NCBI GenBank assembly: GCA_944390005.1
Contig: CALXOJ010000001.1
Span: 28,017 to 92,016, forward strand
DNA from: an uncultured Spirochaetota bacterium
GTDB taxonomy: Bacteria > Spirochaetota > Spirochaetia > JAFGXN01
Reading direction: 5' to 3'
Length of the DNA stretch: 64,000 nt
Shown one piece after another: positions 8,103 to 17,239 of the stretch (position 1 is the first letter of the stretch; each line of letters starts with the position of its first letter). Below the pieces are notes generated by a model. The model was not told where the DNA came from. It did no database searches and worked only from the letters and a program-made list of their open reading frames with translations. A program made the position numbers and the translations under genes.

Positions 8103-9668
8103 ATGAAGGGCAGTTTGAATTTGATCTTGCAGTCTCACTTGCCGTTTGTTCGGCATCCCGAGTATTCTTCTTTTTTGGAAGAAAATTGGTTTTTTGAAGC
8201 AATGGACGAGTCGTACCTTCCGCTTCTTCGTGCTTTCGATTCACTTGAGCGCGATGGTGTTCCGTTTCGGATGACGATTTCACTCTCTCCGACGCTGTTG
8301 TCAATGATGAGTGACGAATTTCTGCAGGAACGCTATGTCGGGCACTTAAAAAAAATGATTGCGTTGGCAAAAAAAGAATTGGAACGTGTTTCCGATGATG
8401 AAAAATTCGGGCCTCTTGCGGGTATGTATCACGATTTATATACGCGTAATTATGAAGACTTTGTCAAACGGTACCAGCACGACGTTATCGGTCGGTTTTT
8501 AAAATATGAAAAATCGGGACATTTGGAATTGATTACAACAGCAGCTACATACGCGTATCTGCCGCTTTACGAGTCGGAGCCGGCGGTTGTAAAAACACAA
8601 ATCAACGCCGCTGTTCAGCTTTTCGAATCGTGTTTCGAACATCGGCCCCGCGGTTTTTGGCTGCCGGATATGGGGTATTTTCCGGGGTTGGAAAAATATC
8701 TGAAAAATGCCGGAATTGCCTATTTTTTTACTTCCGCTCACGGATTGCTTTTAGGGAAAGATGAGGCGTCTTGCGGTGTTTTTTCTTCATATAAAACTCC
8801 TAACGGAACGTATTTTTTTGCAAGAGACGTTGACTCCGGTTTGGTTGTGCCTTCTTATGCCGCCGCTCCCGTTTATCGTGAGTTTTACCGCGATATCGGC
8901 TTTGATTTGCCGTTTGATTACGTCCGTGACTATATGCCCGATAAAAAGAACAGGGTTTTTACCGGTATTAAATATTATGCCGTTACCGGTTCTGAAGACA
9001 AAAACGTTTACAATATTGATGCGGCGCAGAAGCAGGTGAGAGAGCATGCGGCTGATTTTATAAAGACGGTCAATTTACGCTTTGAAAAATTGTCTCATCA
9101 AATGAGTAAAGAGCCGGTCATTACGGCTCCGTTTGATACAGAGTTGTTTGGTCACGGTTGGTTTGAGGGAGTGCAATGGATTGAAGAGGTTTTTCGGCAG
9201 TCACAGAAAAATGACATCTTCTCTTGGGGTGTTCCGACGGAGTATATTGCCAGAAATCGCGATGCGGAAACGGTTTCTCCGATTTTTTCAAGTTGGGGAA
9301 ACAAAGGATTTTCTGAAGTTTGGTTCCATGAAAAGAACGATTGGGTGCACAAGCCGATTTTTCAATCCATTGAAATGATGAAGGATTTTGTCTTTCGATT
9401 TCCCAATGAAGGAGCTCTTAAGGAGAGGATCTTGAATCAGGCGCTGAGAGAAGTGCTTTTAATGCAGGCGTCGGACTGGCCGTTTATTTTGTATAATGCG
9501 ACAGACGTCGCTTATGCGGAGTCTCGAATCAAAGGGCATGTGGAGAATTTTAACCGGATTTATGATAATTTGTGCAGTAATGAAATCGATGCAGAGTGGT
9601 TGATTGCGTTGACTCAGCGAAATAACATATTCCCTCTTCTTGATTACAGGACGTTTACCGATGAATGA
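8103..9668 (+). CDS. GH57/DUF1957 1,4-alpha-glucan branching enzyme-like protein
   Basis: HLPFVRHPE, EENWFFEA..ESYLPLL, YREFYRDIG, APFDTELFGH.WFEG, SSWG, QASDWPF. The nucleophile position reads WLPD rather than WLPE. Confidence 0.9.
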   Translation: MKGSLNLILQSHLPFVRHPEYSSFLEENWFFEAMDESYLPLLRAFDSLERDGVPFRMTISLSPTLLSMMSDEFLQERYVGHLKKMIALAKKELERVSDDEKFGPLAGMYHDLYTRNYEDFVKRYQHDVIGRFLKYEKSGHLELITTAATYAYLPLYESEPAVVKTQINAAVQLFESCFEHRPRGFWLPDMGYFPGLEKYLKNAGIAYFFTSAHGLLLGKDEASCGVFSSYKTPNGTYFFARDVDSGLVVPSYAAAPVYREFYRDIGFDLPFDYVRDYMPDKKNRVFTGIKYYAVTGSEDKNVYNIDAAQKQVREHAADFIKTVNLRFEKLSHQMSKEPVITAPFDTELFGHGWFEGVQWIEEVFRQSQKNDIFSWGVPTEYIARNRDAETVSPIFSSWGNKGFSEVWFHEKNDWVHKPIFQSIEMMKDFVFRFPNEGALKERILNQALREVLLMQASDWPFILYNATDVAYAESRIKGHVENFNRIYDNLCSNEIDAEWLIALTQRNNIFPLLDYRTFTDE

Positions 9669-9698
9669 AAAGGGCGGAGCGAAAGCTCCGCTTTTTTT
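9669..9698 (+). terminator. Intrinsic terminator
   Basis: GCGGAGC-GAAA-GCTCCGC followed by T7. Confidence 0.92.
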
Positions 9699-9747
9699 AT
9701 GCGCTTTCGGCTTTTTTCAAAAAAACTTTAAAAAAAAATTTTTTCTG

Positions 9748-9777
9748 TTGACAAAAAGGGAACAAGTGCATTATTAT
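9748..9777 (+). promoter_or_regulatory. Sigma70 promoter of the dcw operon, with an upstream A/T tract (UP-like)
   Basis: TTGACA(9748)-N18-TATTAT(9772), preceded by long A and T tracts. Confidence 0.7.
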
Positions 9778-9780
9778 GAG

Positions 9781-9830
9781 AAATGTGGTAAAAAGTGGTA
9801 AATAAACTACTTTTGTGAGAGATTGTGGGA
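9781..9830 (+). promoter_or_regulatory. MraZ-binding direct repeats (autoregulatory operator)
   Basis: GTGG at 9785 and 9795, GTGA at 9815, GTGG at 9825: 10-bp phasing directly upstream of mraZ. Confidence 0.8.
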
Positions 9831-9831
9831 A

Positions 9832-10278
9832 ATGTTTCAAGGGCAATTCAATGCAGCCATTGACGAAAAAGGCCGACTCACTATTCCGGGAAAACTCAAA
9901 GAGTTGCTGGGAGGGGACAATCTTGTCGTTACCAACGGTGACGGCAGGAATCTTTGGTGTTATCTTCCGGAAGAGTGGCAGCGCACACGCGATCGGGTGC
10001 TTGAAAACGTTTCTCAATACACACAGGATGGACGCCTGATTATGAGGCGTTTTATTGCGCCGGCACAGGAAGTTGAACCTGATAAAACAGGGCGGTTTCT
10101 TCTTCCGCAGGCGCTGCGTGACGGTGCCGGACTGAAAAAGGATGTTGTCGTTTTGGGGATGGCGACTTACATTGAGGTTTGGAGTCGGGAGGCGTTCGAT
10201 ACTTACATGGAGGGAGTCGAGGCTCGGTACGGAGAAGCGCTCGCGGAAGCTCTCGGGTCTGTTCGTGTAAAGCCGTAA
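9832..10278 (+). CDS. mraZ: Transcriptional regulator MraZ
   Basis: MFQGQFNAAIDEKGRLTIP, PDKTGRFLLP, YIEVW. Confidence 0.96.
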   Translation: MFQGQFNAAIDEKGRLTIPGKLKELLGGDNLVVTNGDGRNLWCYLPEEWQRTRDRVLENVSQYTQDGRLIMRRFIAPAQEVEPDKTGRFLLPQALRDGAGLKKDVVVLGMATYIEVWSREAFDTYMEGVEARYGEALAEALGSVRVKP

Positions 10279-11228
10279 TGTACAAAGCGATTCATCGTCC
10301 TGTTTTGGCTGCCGAAACGCTGCGGCTGCTGGCGCCCGATGTGCGCAGCGATGCTCTTTTTGTTGATGCAACGACCGGTGAGGGCGGTCATACGGAGCTG
10401 TTTTTAAGCAGCTGTCCGCGTTTGACGGCAATTGCCTTGGATGCGGATGCGCGAATTCAGGAAAAAGCGAAGGAGCGGCTTGCTTGTTTTTTGCCGCGAG
10501 TGACCTTTGTTCGCGCATGGTTTGATGAATTTTTTGCAAATTATCCGTTTGAAAGACGGCCCGATATCATTCTGTTTGATTTAGGGATCAGTATCTTTCA
10601 TTATGAAAGATCCGGCGGCGGTTTTTCATTTTCCAAAGATGAGCCGTTGGATATGCGTTTGGATTCGTCGAACGGAAAAAGTGCGGCGGATTTGATAGGC
10701 GGTCTCGATGAGCGGGAGCTGGCGGATTTGATTTTCCGTTACGGCGAAGAGCGCTATTCCCGGTCAATTGCGCCGGCACTGCAAAAAGCATTGCGGAACG
10801 GCCGCTTGAAAACCGCCAGAGCGGCGGCTGAGGTGATTGCGGAAGCTGTTCCTCCGGCTTACCGTCGGGGGCATTTGCATCCGGCGACAAAGAGTTTTCA
10901 GGCGCTTAGGATGGCTGTTAACGATGAACCCGGAAGGTTGGTGCGCGCGTTAAACGGAGCTTTTTCCGTTTTGAATCCCGGGGGAGTGCTTGGCGTGATT
11001 TCGTTTCATTCGCTTGAAGATCGCGCGGTGAAGCAGTTTATGAAGACGAAGGTCGGTGAGCGGCATTCGGTGAATAAATACAGACCCTCTCCGCAGTTTG
11101 TTGCGGCTGAAGGCGAACTGTTGACGCCGAAGCCGGTATCAGCCGACGCGGCAGAAATAAAAGAAAATCCTCCGTCCCGTTCTGCGAAACTGAGGGTTAT
11201 AAGGAAGAAGAAAGATGAAATCGAATAA
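10278..11228 (+). CDS. rsmH: 16S rRNA (cytosine1402-N4)-methyltransferase RsmH
   Basis: HRPVL, DATTGEGGH, FDLGIS, PLDMR, HPATKSFQALR, ISFHSLEDR, SRSAKLR; TAATG coupling to mraZ. Confidence 0.96.
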   Translation: MYKAIHRPVLAAETLRLLAPDVRSDALFVDATTGEGGHTELFLSSCPRLTAIALDADARIQEKAKERLACFLPRVTFVRAWFDEFFANYPFERRPDIILFDLGISIFHYERSGGGFSFSKDEPLDMRLDSSNGKSAADLIGGLDERELADLIFRYGEERYSRSIAPALQKALRNGRLKTARAAAEVIAEAVPPAYRRGHLHPATKSFQALRMAVNDEPGRLVRALNGAFSVLNPGGVLGVISFHSLEDRAVKQFMKTKVGERHSVNKYRPSPQFVAAEGELLTPKPVSADAAEIKENPPSRSAKLRVIRKKKDEIE

Positions 11229-11493
11229 ACTTTGGATGGCTGTCTTTTTAATTCCCGCGTTTGCGTTGCTGCAGATTGCGGTGATTCACGTTTACCGTGA
11301 GGCAGTAAAAGAAGAAAGAAAGGCGTTCGAAGAACAAGTTGAGTTGTATAACAGCAATCGGCAGACCGTTATCGAGTTGACGGGGCGGCAATCTCCGGCG
11401 GAGATTGAACGAACTTTGGTTGAGAGCGGCGTCGAAATTCAGGATGCGGGCGAAGTTGATGTAATCAAAATCAGGAGGACCGGAACGGAATGA
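11215..11493 (+). CDS. ftsL: Putative cell division protein FtsL
   Basis: 92 aa with one TM helix, a coiled coil and SPAEIE; lies directly after rsmH. Confidence 0.6.
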   Translation: MKSNKLWMAVFLIPAFALLQIAVIHVYREAVKEERKAFEEQVELYNSNRQTVIELTGRQSPAEIERTLVESGVEIQDAGEVDVIKIRRTGTE

Positions 11494-12866
11494 GAACCGT
11501 CGCTCTGTATGAATTGCTTCCGTTCGCCGTTTCGATTGCCGGTTCCGAAGAGAGAGGTTTTCGCGGTGTTGCCGTCGATTCTCGGGAGTGTGAAGAAAGC
11601 GCTCTGTTTGCGGCGCTGCCGGGGGAGAGGACCGACGGTCATCATTTTATTCCCGATTTGATTTCCGGCGGCGTGCGTGCGTTTTTGATTGCCCGTTGGT
11701 TTGCCGATGAGAATCAAGAGCGTTTAGACGGCTGGGTTAAAAACGACGGCGCTTCGTTTTTGATAGCGGAAGATGTGTTGAAGACGCTGCAAAGAGCGGC
11801 TGAATGGTATTTGAGTCTGATGCCGCAGGTGCGCCGAATCGGAATTACAGGCAGCAGCGGCAAAACAACGGTAAAAGAGCTGACAGCTGCCGTTTTGGGT
11901 CGGCGCTATCGAGTCGCCTACACCAAGGGTAATTTAAACTCTGAAATCGGATTGCCTTTGGTGGCATTTTCTGTCGATCCTGACGATGAAATTGCTGTCT
12001 TTGAGATGGGGATTAATCATCCCGGAGAAATGGATGTACTGGTTCAAATCGTTAAACCGCAAACGGCGGTGATTACCAATATTACATCAGCGCATGCCGG
12101 AATGTTTCCCGACAGAGACGGACTGATTCTGGAAAAAATGAAAATTCTTTCCCGTGCGGGAAACGAATTGACTGCTTTTGTCAATCAAAATGACGAGAAC
12201 CGTTCTCGTTATGAATCGACTTATCCCGGAACGTATATAAAATACGGTTTTGGGGTGACGCCGGCAGTAGAAGCGGTCGAAAATCTCGGATACGAAGGTT
12301 GGCGATTGAGGATCGGCAGTGAAGAAATTGTTTCGCCTCTTTTCGGTCGGTATAATTTGGAGAATATTTGCGCGGCGGTTGCTGTCGGACGCGCCTTTGG
12401 CTTAACCGACGAAGAAGTTGCCGGCGGTATTGCATCGGTTCGCAGTGTCGGTTTCGGCCGCAGCTGCCTGAAAAACGGGCGTTTTTTTATCATTGAAGAC
12501 TGTTACAATGCCAATCCTGGTTCCATGGCGGCAGCTGTCGACCTTTTTCGGGAGACGCCGTCGGAAGGGCGGCGGATTTTTGTTGCCGGCGCCATGCGTG
12601 AACTGGGAATCTGTTCGGATGAATGTCACCGCGAACTTGGCCGTCAAACGGCGGCGGCCGGTTTTGACGCCGTTTTATTTTACGGCGAGGAAGCGGCTGC
12701 GGCGTTTGAAGCGTTTGAGGCGGCAGGCGGTCAAAACGGATTTTTCACTACCGATTTTGAAGATTTGAAAAATCATTTGGCAGCGCAGGTGCATGACGGC
12801 GATCATATTTTGTTGAAAGGATCGCGCAGTCTCCAATTGGAACGTTTGGAATCGGTTTTGGTGTAA
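11490..12866 (+). CDS. murF: UDP-MurNAc-tripeptide--D-Ala-D-Ala ligase
   Basis: DSR, GITGSSGKTT, GNLNSEIGLP, EMGINHPGE, DCYNANP, LKGSR. Confidence 0.95.
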   Translation: MRTVALYELLPFAVSIAGSEERGFRGVAVDSRECEESALFAALPGERTDGHHFIPDLISGGVRAFLIARWFADENQERLDGWVKNDGASFLIAEDVLKTLQRAAEWYLSLMPQVRRIGITGSSGKTTVKELTAAVLGRRYRVAYTKGNLNSEIGLPLVAFSVDPDDEIAVFEMGINHPGEMDVLVQIVKPQTAVITNITSAHAGMFPDRDGLILEKMKILSRAGNELTAFVNQNDENRSRYESTYPGTYIKYGFGVTPAVEAVENLGYEGWRLRIGSEEIVSPLFGRYNLENICAAVAVGRAFGLTDEEVAGGIASVRSVGFGRSCLKNGRFFIIEDCYNANPGSMAAAVDLFRETPSEGRRIFVAGAMRELGICSDECHRELGRQTAAAGFDAVLFYGEEAAAAFEAFEAAGGQNGFFTTDFEDLKNHLAAQVHDGDHILLKGSRSLQLERLESVLV

Positions 12867-12884
12867 ACAGAGGCGGGAGGGGTT

Positions 12885-13958
12885 GTGTTCAAAGAAATCT
12901 TCAATTTGGTTGATCGAATTCCCATTTTTAATCTCTTTCAATATATTACATTTCGTTCGGGATTCGCCGCCATCACCGCTGTTCTGCTTACTTTTTTGAT
13001 TGCTCCCAAGATGATTGCGTGGCTGCGTGCGAAAAAAGCCGAACAGTCGATTCGAAGCGACGGCCCTCAAACGCATTTAGCGAAAGCGGGAACTCCGACA
13101 ATGGGGGGGCTTTTAATTGTGCTTGCCATTTCGGCAGCTGTTTTGCTTTGGCAGGATTTGAAAAATCCGTATACATGGGTTCTCTTGATTTCGTTTTGGG
13201 GATATGCGTTCATTGGATTTATCGATGATTATCTGAAAATTTTTCGGCATAATTCAAAAGGGTTGAATGCAAAATGCAAATTGATCGGACAGTTTGTTGT
13301 GTCGATTGCTGCTGTTGTTTACCTTTACTTTACAGTAGATGGAATTACGCAGCTCTATGTGCCGTTTGTTAAAAATCCGGTAGCGGATATGGGTGTTTTT
13401 TACATTCCGTTTGCGGTGTTGTTGTTGGTTGGATTTTCAAACGCCGTCAACCTTGCTGACGGATTGGATGGATTGGCGTCGGGGCTGATTACTTTTGTCG
13501 GCTTGACTTTCGGATTGTTGACATACATTGTCGGACACGCCGCCTTTGCTCGTTATTTGCAGTTTCCGTTTATTCCGCTGTCGGGCGAATTGACTGTGAC
13601 TTGTCTGGCGTTGACAGGCGCCTGCCTCGGATTTCTGTGGTACAATGCGCATCCGGCGCAGATTTTTATGGGGGATACCGGCAGTCTTGCGTTGGGGGGC
13701 TTAATCGGAGTTCTCAGTCTGCTGATCAAAAAAGAGTTGCTGATTTTTATCATCGGCGGCGTTTTTGTCATGGAAGCTGCCAGTGTGATTTTACAGGTAT
13801 TGTCGTACAAGATTTTCAAAAAACGAATTTTTAAGATGGCTCCGCTTCATCATCACTTTGAGTTGAAAGGGTGGACGGAAACGCAGGTGGTTGTGCGTTT
13901 TTGGATTTTGGGCGGACTGTTTTCGCTCATTGGATTAATTACATTGAAGGTGCAGTGA
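12885..13958 (+). CDS. mraY: Phospho-MurNAc-pentapeptide transferase
   Basis: GTPTMGG, IDDY, NAVNLADGLDGL, FMGDTGS, MAPLHHHFE. Confidence 0.97.
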   Translation: MFKEIFNLVDRIPIFNLFQYITFRSGFAAITAVLLTFLIAPKMIAWLRAKKAEQSIRSDGPQTHLAKAGTPTMGGLLIVLAISAAVLLWQDLKNPYTWVLLISFWGYAFIGFIDDYLKIFRHNSKGLNAKCKLIGQFVVSIAAVVYLYFTVDGITQLYVPFVKNPVADMGVFYIPFAVLLLVGFSNAVNLADGLDGLASGLITFVGLTFGLLTYIVGHAAFARYLQFPFIPLSGELTVTCLALTGACLGFLWYNAHPAQIFMGDTGSLALGGLIGVLSLLIKKELLIFIIGGVFVMEAASVILQVLSYKIFKKRIFKMAPLHHHFELKGWTETQVVVRFWILGGLFSLIGLITLKVQ

Positions 13959-15067
13959 TGGCGGATATCAAAGTTGAAGGCGTAAAACGAAATTCATCGG
14001 CTTTTTTCTTAATGATGTTGATTTTGCTGCTTTTTTTTATCGGTTTTGCCACACTGATGAGTGTTTTATCGGTCTCCCCGACAGGAAATCTCACAAAGCA
14101 GCTGATGATTTCGTTTATTGCGCTGACGGTTTTTTTGGCAATGTCTTCCGGAGCCGTAAAAGCCTCTTTTGTTGACAAAGTGCTTCGCTCCCGTTTTCCG
14201 GCGATTTTTTTAGGTGTTGCGTTGGGACTCTCTTTGTTGACAGCTCTTTTCGGAACCGAAATCAACGGTGCGCGGCGCTGGCTTTTTATCGGAGGATTTT
14301 CGATTCAGCCTTCGGAATTTCTAAAAACGGCAGTGATTCTTTTTTTAGCCTCGTTTCTCGGAAATGCAAAACATAATCACGATGAAATAAAACGCTTTGC
14401 GGTCATTGTTGCACTGCTGCTCATTTGCTTTTTCGTTGTGTTGTTTCAGAGAGATTTTTCAACGGCATTCATAACGGGAGTTTTGATTCTGTTTATGATG
14501 CTTTTTGCCGGCTTTCCGTTGTGGCAATTTTTTATCATTATTATCGGCGGTATTATTACCGTTATGGGCGCTCTTTTTTCGGAAGAGTATCGGACTGAGC
14601 GGTTAATGCAGTATATCAGCGGTGAAGGCAGCTTTCAATCGAATTGGGCTGTTCACGCTGTCAGCAACGGCGGCTGGATTGGGTGCGGATGGGGCGCCGG
14701 AACTATCAAAGCGCGAGGTATTTTACCGGAAGCCGAAAGCGATTTTATTTTTGCCGTCTTGGCGGAAGAGTTGGGATTCATCGGTGTATTGTTTCTTTTT
14801 GCGCTCATTCTGATTATTGGTGCAAAAGCGTTGGTTTTAGCTGATCGTGTTAAAAATCGACCGGTGCGGTTTTTTTTGGTACTCGGAATTATTTTCCTGT
14901 TTTTGACGCAAACTTTGGTCAATTTAGCCGTAGTGGTCGGCTTGCTGCCGACGACCGGAATTCCGCTTCCTCTTTTTTCTCAAGGAGGATCTTCTTTGCT
15001 TTGTACAATGTTCATGTTGGGGTTGCTGGTTCATGTAGCGCGGACAGCGGAGGATAACAATGGATAA
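13958..15067 (+). CDS. ftsW: SEDS peptidoglycan glycosyltransferase FtsW
   Basis: NGARRW, QPSEFLK, LPEAESDFIFA, PTTGIPLPLFSQGGSS; start at the TGATG overlap. Confidence 0.93.
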   Translation: MADIKVEGVKRNSSAFFLMMLILLLFFIGFATLMSVLSVSPTGNLTKQLMISFIALTVFLAMSSGAVKASFVDKVLRSRFPAIFLGVALGLSLLTALFGTEINGARRWLFIGGFSIQPSEFLKTAVILFLASFLGNAKHNHDEIKRFAVIVALLLICFFVVLFQRDFSTAFITGVLILFMMLFAGFPLWQFFIIIIGGIITVMGALFSEEYRTERLMQYISGEGSFQSNWAVHAVSNGGWIGCGWGAGTIKARGILPEAESDFIFAVLAEELGFIGVLFLFALILIIGAKALVLADRVKNRPVRFFLVLGIIFLFLTQTLVNLAVVVGLLPTTGIPLPLFSQGGSSLLCTMFMLGLLVHVARTAEDNNG

Positions 15068-15929
15068 TATACTTTACCCGAATCATCGGTACACGAGGCA
15101 GGGGCAGGGACGGCACAGAAAATCTGTAAAAAAATTCGCCGGAGTTTTAGAAGAGTCGCGCGGGAAAAAAATCATAAACGGTGTTTTGGCGACCGGAATC
15201 GTTTTGATGATCTGTTATCTTTGCGTTTTCTTCACGTATCACGCTGTCTTGAAACCGCTTATTAATATAAACAATATCGAAATTCATTTTCAAGAAAAGC
15301 TTGATATTGATCAGCAGGATATTTTGCTTGCATCGGGATTGAATCGCTCTTTGCGTTACGCCGATGTTGACGAAGAGGCAGTTGCTGAATCGATTATGAA
15401 GGCTTTTCCGTATATCAAAGAGGTGCGCGTATCGAAAATTTTCCCGGCGACTGTGTCGATCTTTATTTGGGGAAGAAAACCGGTTTGCGTCTCGTTATTT
15501 GACACGGGAAATCTTTCGGTTCCGTTTGCTGTTGATACGGAAGGCCGGGTTTTTGAGTTGGGAACGGCGGTAAAAGAATTTGATTTGCCGATTCTCTCCG
15601 GAATAACGGTCTCTGCTTTGGAGCTGAACGCTCAAATTCCCGTATCCTATGTTCCGGTTTTGGAAGATTTAATGATTTTGAAGGAAAAAAATACAAATAT
15701 TTACGGACGAATTTCGGAAATATTGGTGGACGAAAAAAACGGTAAAGGGTATGATTTATATGTTTATTTCCGGACGTATGATGTGCCGATACAAATGGGC
15801 AGCCGTCTGGAACTATCGGAGATCGAAGCTGCTGTACAGATATTGGATTTGCTTCAGTCGACTGGTTTATCGGGATTTTATGAGAAACTTGATTTTCGTT
15901 CGGGTAAACCGATATTGAAGAAGAAGTGA
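15060..15929 (+). CDS. ftsQ: Cell division protein FtsQ/DivIB
   Basis: Basic N-terminus, one TM helix, POTRA-like segment (PYIKEVRVSKIFPATV), C-terminal LDFR; lies between ftsW and ftsA. Confidence 0.85.
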   Translation: MDNILYPNHRYTRQGQGRHRKSVKKFAGVLEESRGKKIINGVLATGIVLMICYLCVFFTYHAVLKPLININNIEIHFQEKLDIDQQDILLASGLNRSLRYADVDEEAVAESIMKAFPYIKEVRVSKIFPATVSIFIWGRKPVCVSLFDTGNLSVPFAVDTEGRVFELGTAVKEFDLPILSGITVSALELNAQIPVSYVPVLEDLMILKEKNTNIYGRISEILVDEKNGKGYDLYVYFRTYDVPIQMGSRLELSEIEAAVQILDLLQSTGLSGFYEKLDFRSGKPILKKK

Positions 15930-15949
15930 TAAGTGACTGGGAGGGGAGC

Positions 15950-17215
15950 TTGTCTGAAGAAAGAGTAATTTGTATCGACATCGGATATTCAAAAGTGGCG
16001 GCAGCTATTGTTGATTCCGATGTCAATAATCAACCGGAAGTGTTGGGCGTTGGAGAAGCCCCGACAAATGGCTTGTTTCGCGGTAAAGTTAAAGAAGTAG
16101 AGGCTGTTTCCGATTCGATCCGTAATGCGGTCATGAAGGCTTTTGAAACGATCGGTTCGGGGAAGGTCGACCGCGTTCTTGTCGGTATCACCGGAATGGA
16201 GATTGAAGGTCTTAACAGCTGCGGAGTCGCTCCGATTCAGGCTCACAATCGAACCATTACGGACAGAGATATAGAAACAGCGATCAATAACGCAAAAGCG
16301 GTTTCCTTACCGACAGATCGGCAGATTTTTTTAATCGGACAGCAGCAATTTGTTATAGATGACAAAATCGTTTCCTCCAATCCCATCAAAATGGCGGCCT
16401 CCAATAAACTGGAAGCTCAAGTGCATCTTTTGACTTGCTTAGAAAATATTAAAGAAAATTTTGAGCGGTGTTTAATTGATGCCGGAATCGAGCATTCTCA
16501 AATTTATTACAGCGGAGCTGTCGGAGCGGAAGCTGTCTTAAGTCTTCAAGAGCGGGATTTAGGAACTCTGTATATCGATTTCGGAAAAGATACCATCGAT
16601 GTATTGTTTTATAAAAATCAAAGCCTTCACTACAGTAAAGTTTACTCTTTCGGGTTTAATTTGATTACCAATGACTTGTGCCTCTGTTATCGAATTTCTT
16701 ATGATGACGCTGAACATCTAAAAAAAGAAGGAACCGCCTATCCGCTGACCGACAGCGAGGATTTGCAGGTTTACATTCGCGGTTTAAATGGTCAGGATAT
16801 GAAAATTTGTCGGCAGAAAGAGATCAATGAGGTGATTGAGGCGAGGGTGACAGAGCTGCTTGAGTTAATAGCCGCCGATTTCCGTAAATCCAACTTTCAG
16901 AGTGATTTAAAGTTCGGAGTGGTTCTTGCCGGAGGCGGGGCGCTGCAGACAGGGATTGAGCAGTGCGTTAAAAAAATCTTTGGAACGGCAGTTCGTATTG
17001 CTGTTCCCGAGAAAATCAACGGATTGAAAGCATCATTTTTAACGCCTGCTTACGTTTCGCTTTACGGATTGATGCGTTTTGCGGATCGTCAAACCGGCTG
17101 TACGGTGGTCAATGAAGATGAAATTCGATCTTCCAGGCGTGACGGCGGCGCTCGTCGTGGTAAATGGCGATTATTTTTTGCAAATATAGCTGATTTTTTC
17201 AGATCGTTTTTATAA
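15950..17215 (+). CDS. ftsA: Cell division protein FtsA
   Basis: IDIGYSKV, IDFGKDT, AEHLK, VLAGGGA, C-terminal amphipathic helix; TTG start after a GAGGGG RBS. Confidence 0.94.
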   Translation: MSEERVICIDIGYSKVAAAIVDSDVNNQPEVLGVGEAPTNGLFRGKVKEVEAVSDSIRNAVMKAFETIGSGKVDRVLVGITGMEIEGLNSCGVAPIQAHNRTITDRDIETAINNAKAVSLPTDRQIFLIGQQQFVIDDKIVSSNPIKMAASNKLEAQVHLLTCLENIKENFERCLIDAGIEHSQIYYSGAVGAEAVLSLQERDLGTLYIDFGKDTIDVLFYKNQSLHYSKVYSFGFNLITNDLCLCYRISYDDAEHLKKEGTAYPLTDSEDLQVYIRGLNGQDMKICRQKEINEVIEARVTELLELIAADFRKSNFQSDLKFGVVLAGGGALQTGIEQCVKKIFGTAVRIAVPEKINGLKASFLTPAYVSLYGLMRFADRQTGCTVVNEDEIRSSRRDGGARRGKWRLFFANIADFFRSFL

Positions 17216-17239
17216 TTCAGGAGATAAGGGAGGGAATTT

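Noticed and set aside
9697-10539. 280-aa antisense ORF and the many other shadow ORFs in the track
   Set aside because: They overlap well-supported genes on the opposite strand or in another frame and have no recognisable motifs.
11215-15067. Absence of ftsI, murE, murD, murG and murC from the dcw cluster
   Set aside because: A reduced dcw order is normal for spirochetes, and an ftsI-like gene is present at 54677-56659.
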